From the NCBI GenBank assembly GCA_040285745.1, contig JAUFOR010000001.1:496001-560000 (forward strand): a stretch of 64,000 bases of DNA, given 5' to 3'. Below the pieces are notes generated by a model that saw nothing but the letters and a program-made list of their open reading frames with translations, was not told the DNA's origin and did no database searches. Source of the stretch: Barthelona sp. PCE (Eukaryota). Below are positions 62,821-64,000 of this stretch, piece after piece (position 1 is the stretch's first letter; every line of letters begins with the position of its first letter). A program made the translations under genes and the position numbers.

Positions 62821-64000
62821 TCACACAGGGACTCGTATATATCTAGTTCTCTTTCGTCTAAAACAACAAAAAAACTTCAACAGAATTTTTATCATTAAAA
62901 CAGGCAAAAAAAATAAAATTCTCAACAAAGGTTTAAAACAACAACAACAGTTGCAACAGAAGCATAAAAGCAATAAACCGACAACAAAACATATGAGCAC
63001 TAAAGCAGAAGAAAATGATGTACCCAAACAGTGCTGGTAGTAACACATCGGATCCAAAAGACATGGACACACTGAGTTTCCAAAAATGACTGTACCGTTA
63101 TAGGGTTGCAACGTGGGAGCTGTCAACTCACGGTCAGTTACTGAGGCTTCAAAAAAAACTGTATCCAAAACTGTTGCACGCACGTTCAATAATACTACAT
63201 AGCACTTCACCTGTGCGAATGCCAGTCCTCCAATTTGGAAATGAGCATAAACACTTTTAATCATACCAGAATCGATTGAAAACCTTGGCATTTCCATAAA
63301 GTCTACATCACTCTCTCCAGTACAGTTATCGAGTGCTATGGAATATACTGAAGTGAATGGCCCATAGTTAAGCACCTTAAACCGCACGTCAACAACCTCT
63401 CCTGCTTCAGATTCACTATTTAATACATTAACTGCCTTAAATCGAGCAGGCGACAGATTGATAACCTGTTTCATATTGTCAGCTTTTACCTCCAGCGTTA
63501 AAACTGCAGATGGGAAATTTTCAACATCCTCAATGAATAACCCGTATTTATCCACGCTTAAGGGTCCAAAACGATCACCATGATACAAAGGAGCACTGCC
63601 ACCGGCTACACGCATCACATCCTCCTCGTGTAAATCATCTGGTTGGTTCCTTAAACATTCATTAGGGACCTTAGAACAAAATGATCCCACGGAATAAAAT
63701 CCGCTATAAGAAACACCAATCTTGTTGCATTCGTTACCGTTAAGGGAGACCATGTTATCTGGCACGATAAGCGAACGATTAGTATCGGTGTCTAACAAAA
63801 AGTATTGACCATACAACATTGGAGGAGATGTGTATGATGAAAGTGAACCATGGAGTGATAACAAAACGTCATTGCTTCGAGATATATCGGTTTTTCTGGT
63901 TGGTGACACTCTTACAACATCATTTTCCAAATCATTATAACTAACATCACACTGAACACTAAACACTCTTGTTGACCTACCAATAACAAATGCATGCCAT
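62821..64000 (-). CDS. HAP2: HAP2/GCS1 gamete fusogen, C-terminal part (5' end runs off the window)
   Basis: CNKIGVSYSGF...FCS....CL.NQ..DL...D..R...G..PLY and LTLEVKAD, an Ig-like domain, a TM helix, and a Cys-rich, polybasic tail. The frame is open to base 64000. Confidence 0.88.
   Translation of the reverse strand, partial: WHAFVIGRSTRVFSVQCDVSYNDLENDVVRVSPTRKTDISRSNDVLLSLHGSLSSYTSPPMLYGQYFLLDTDTNRSLIVPDNMVSLNGNECNKIGVSYSGFYSVGSFCSKVPNECLRNQPDDLHEEDVMRVAGGSAPLYHGDRFGPLSVDKYGLFIEDVENFPSAVLTLEVKADNMKQVINLSPARFKAVNVLNSESEAGEVVDVRFKVLNYGPFTSVYSIALDNCTGESDVDFMEMPRFSIDSGMIKSVYAHFQIGGLAFAQVKCYVVLLNVRATVLDTVFFEASVTDRELTAPTLQPYNGTVIFGNSVCPCLLDPMCYYQHCLGTSFSSALVLICFVVGLLLLCFCCNCCCCFKPLLRILFFLPVLMIKILLKFFCCFRRKRTRYIRVPV

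Overview
Eukaryotic, extremely gene-dense and intron-poor protist DNA read with the standard genetic code. Flagellar genes, a GTATGT...ACTTACGTTTAG intron and a Cpn10 suggest a flagellated metamonad-like organism (inference only). Bases 165-12769 hold two related tyrosine-recombinase (YR) retrotransposons with split direct repeats (A1-ORFs-B1-A2-B2, the Ngaro/PAT-type layout). An apparently intact element (6599-12680) is inserted precisely, with no target duplication, into the terminal B2 repeat of a decayed relative (165-12769), and the pair lies 127 bp upstream of tRNA-Asp and tRNA-Thr genes. The intact element is unusual in two ways. RT, RNase H, a linker domain and the YR are fused in one ORF. 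That ORF is also in frame with the gag-like ORF, separated only by one TGA followed by a stem-loop, which suggests a readthrough gag-RT-RH-X-YR polyprotein. The rest of the window (13.6-64 kb) is ~30 tightly packed host genes: Pol kappa, TGS1, IFT144, a CAP protein, UBA5, RIB43A, RabGGTase beta, IPK1, beta-tubulin, an MCM8-like protein, Maf1, Sld5, an SLC35F6-like transporter, GAS8/DRC4, SMC1, a TBC GAP, Tma16, a PACS-like protein, a methyltransferase, Cpn10 and HAP2, plus five ~600-aa divergent paralogs of an unknown family. All protein calls come from recognising motifs by eye; no database searches were run.
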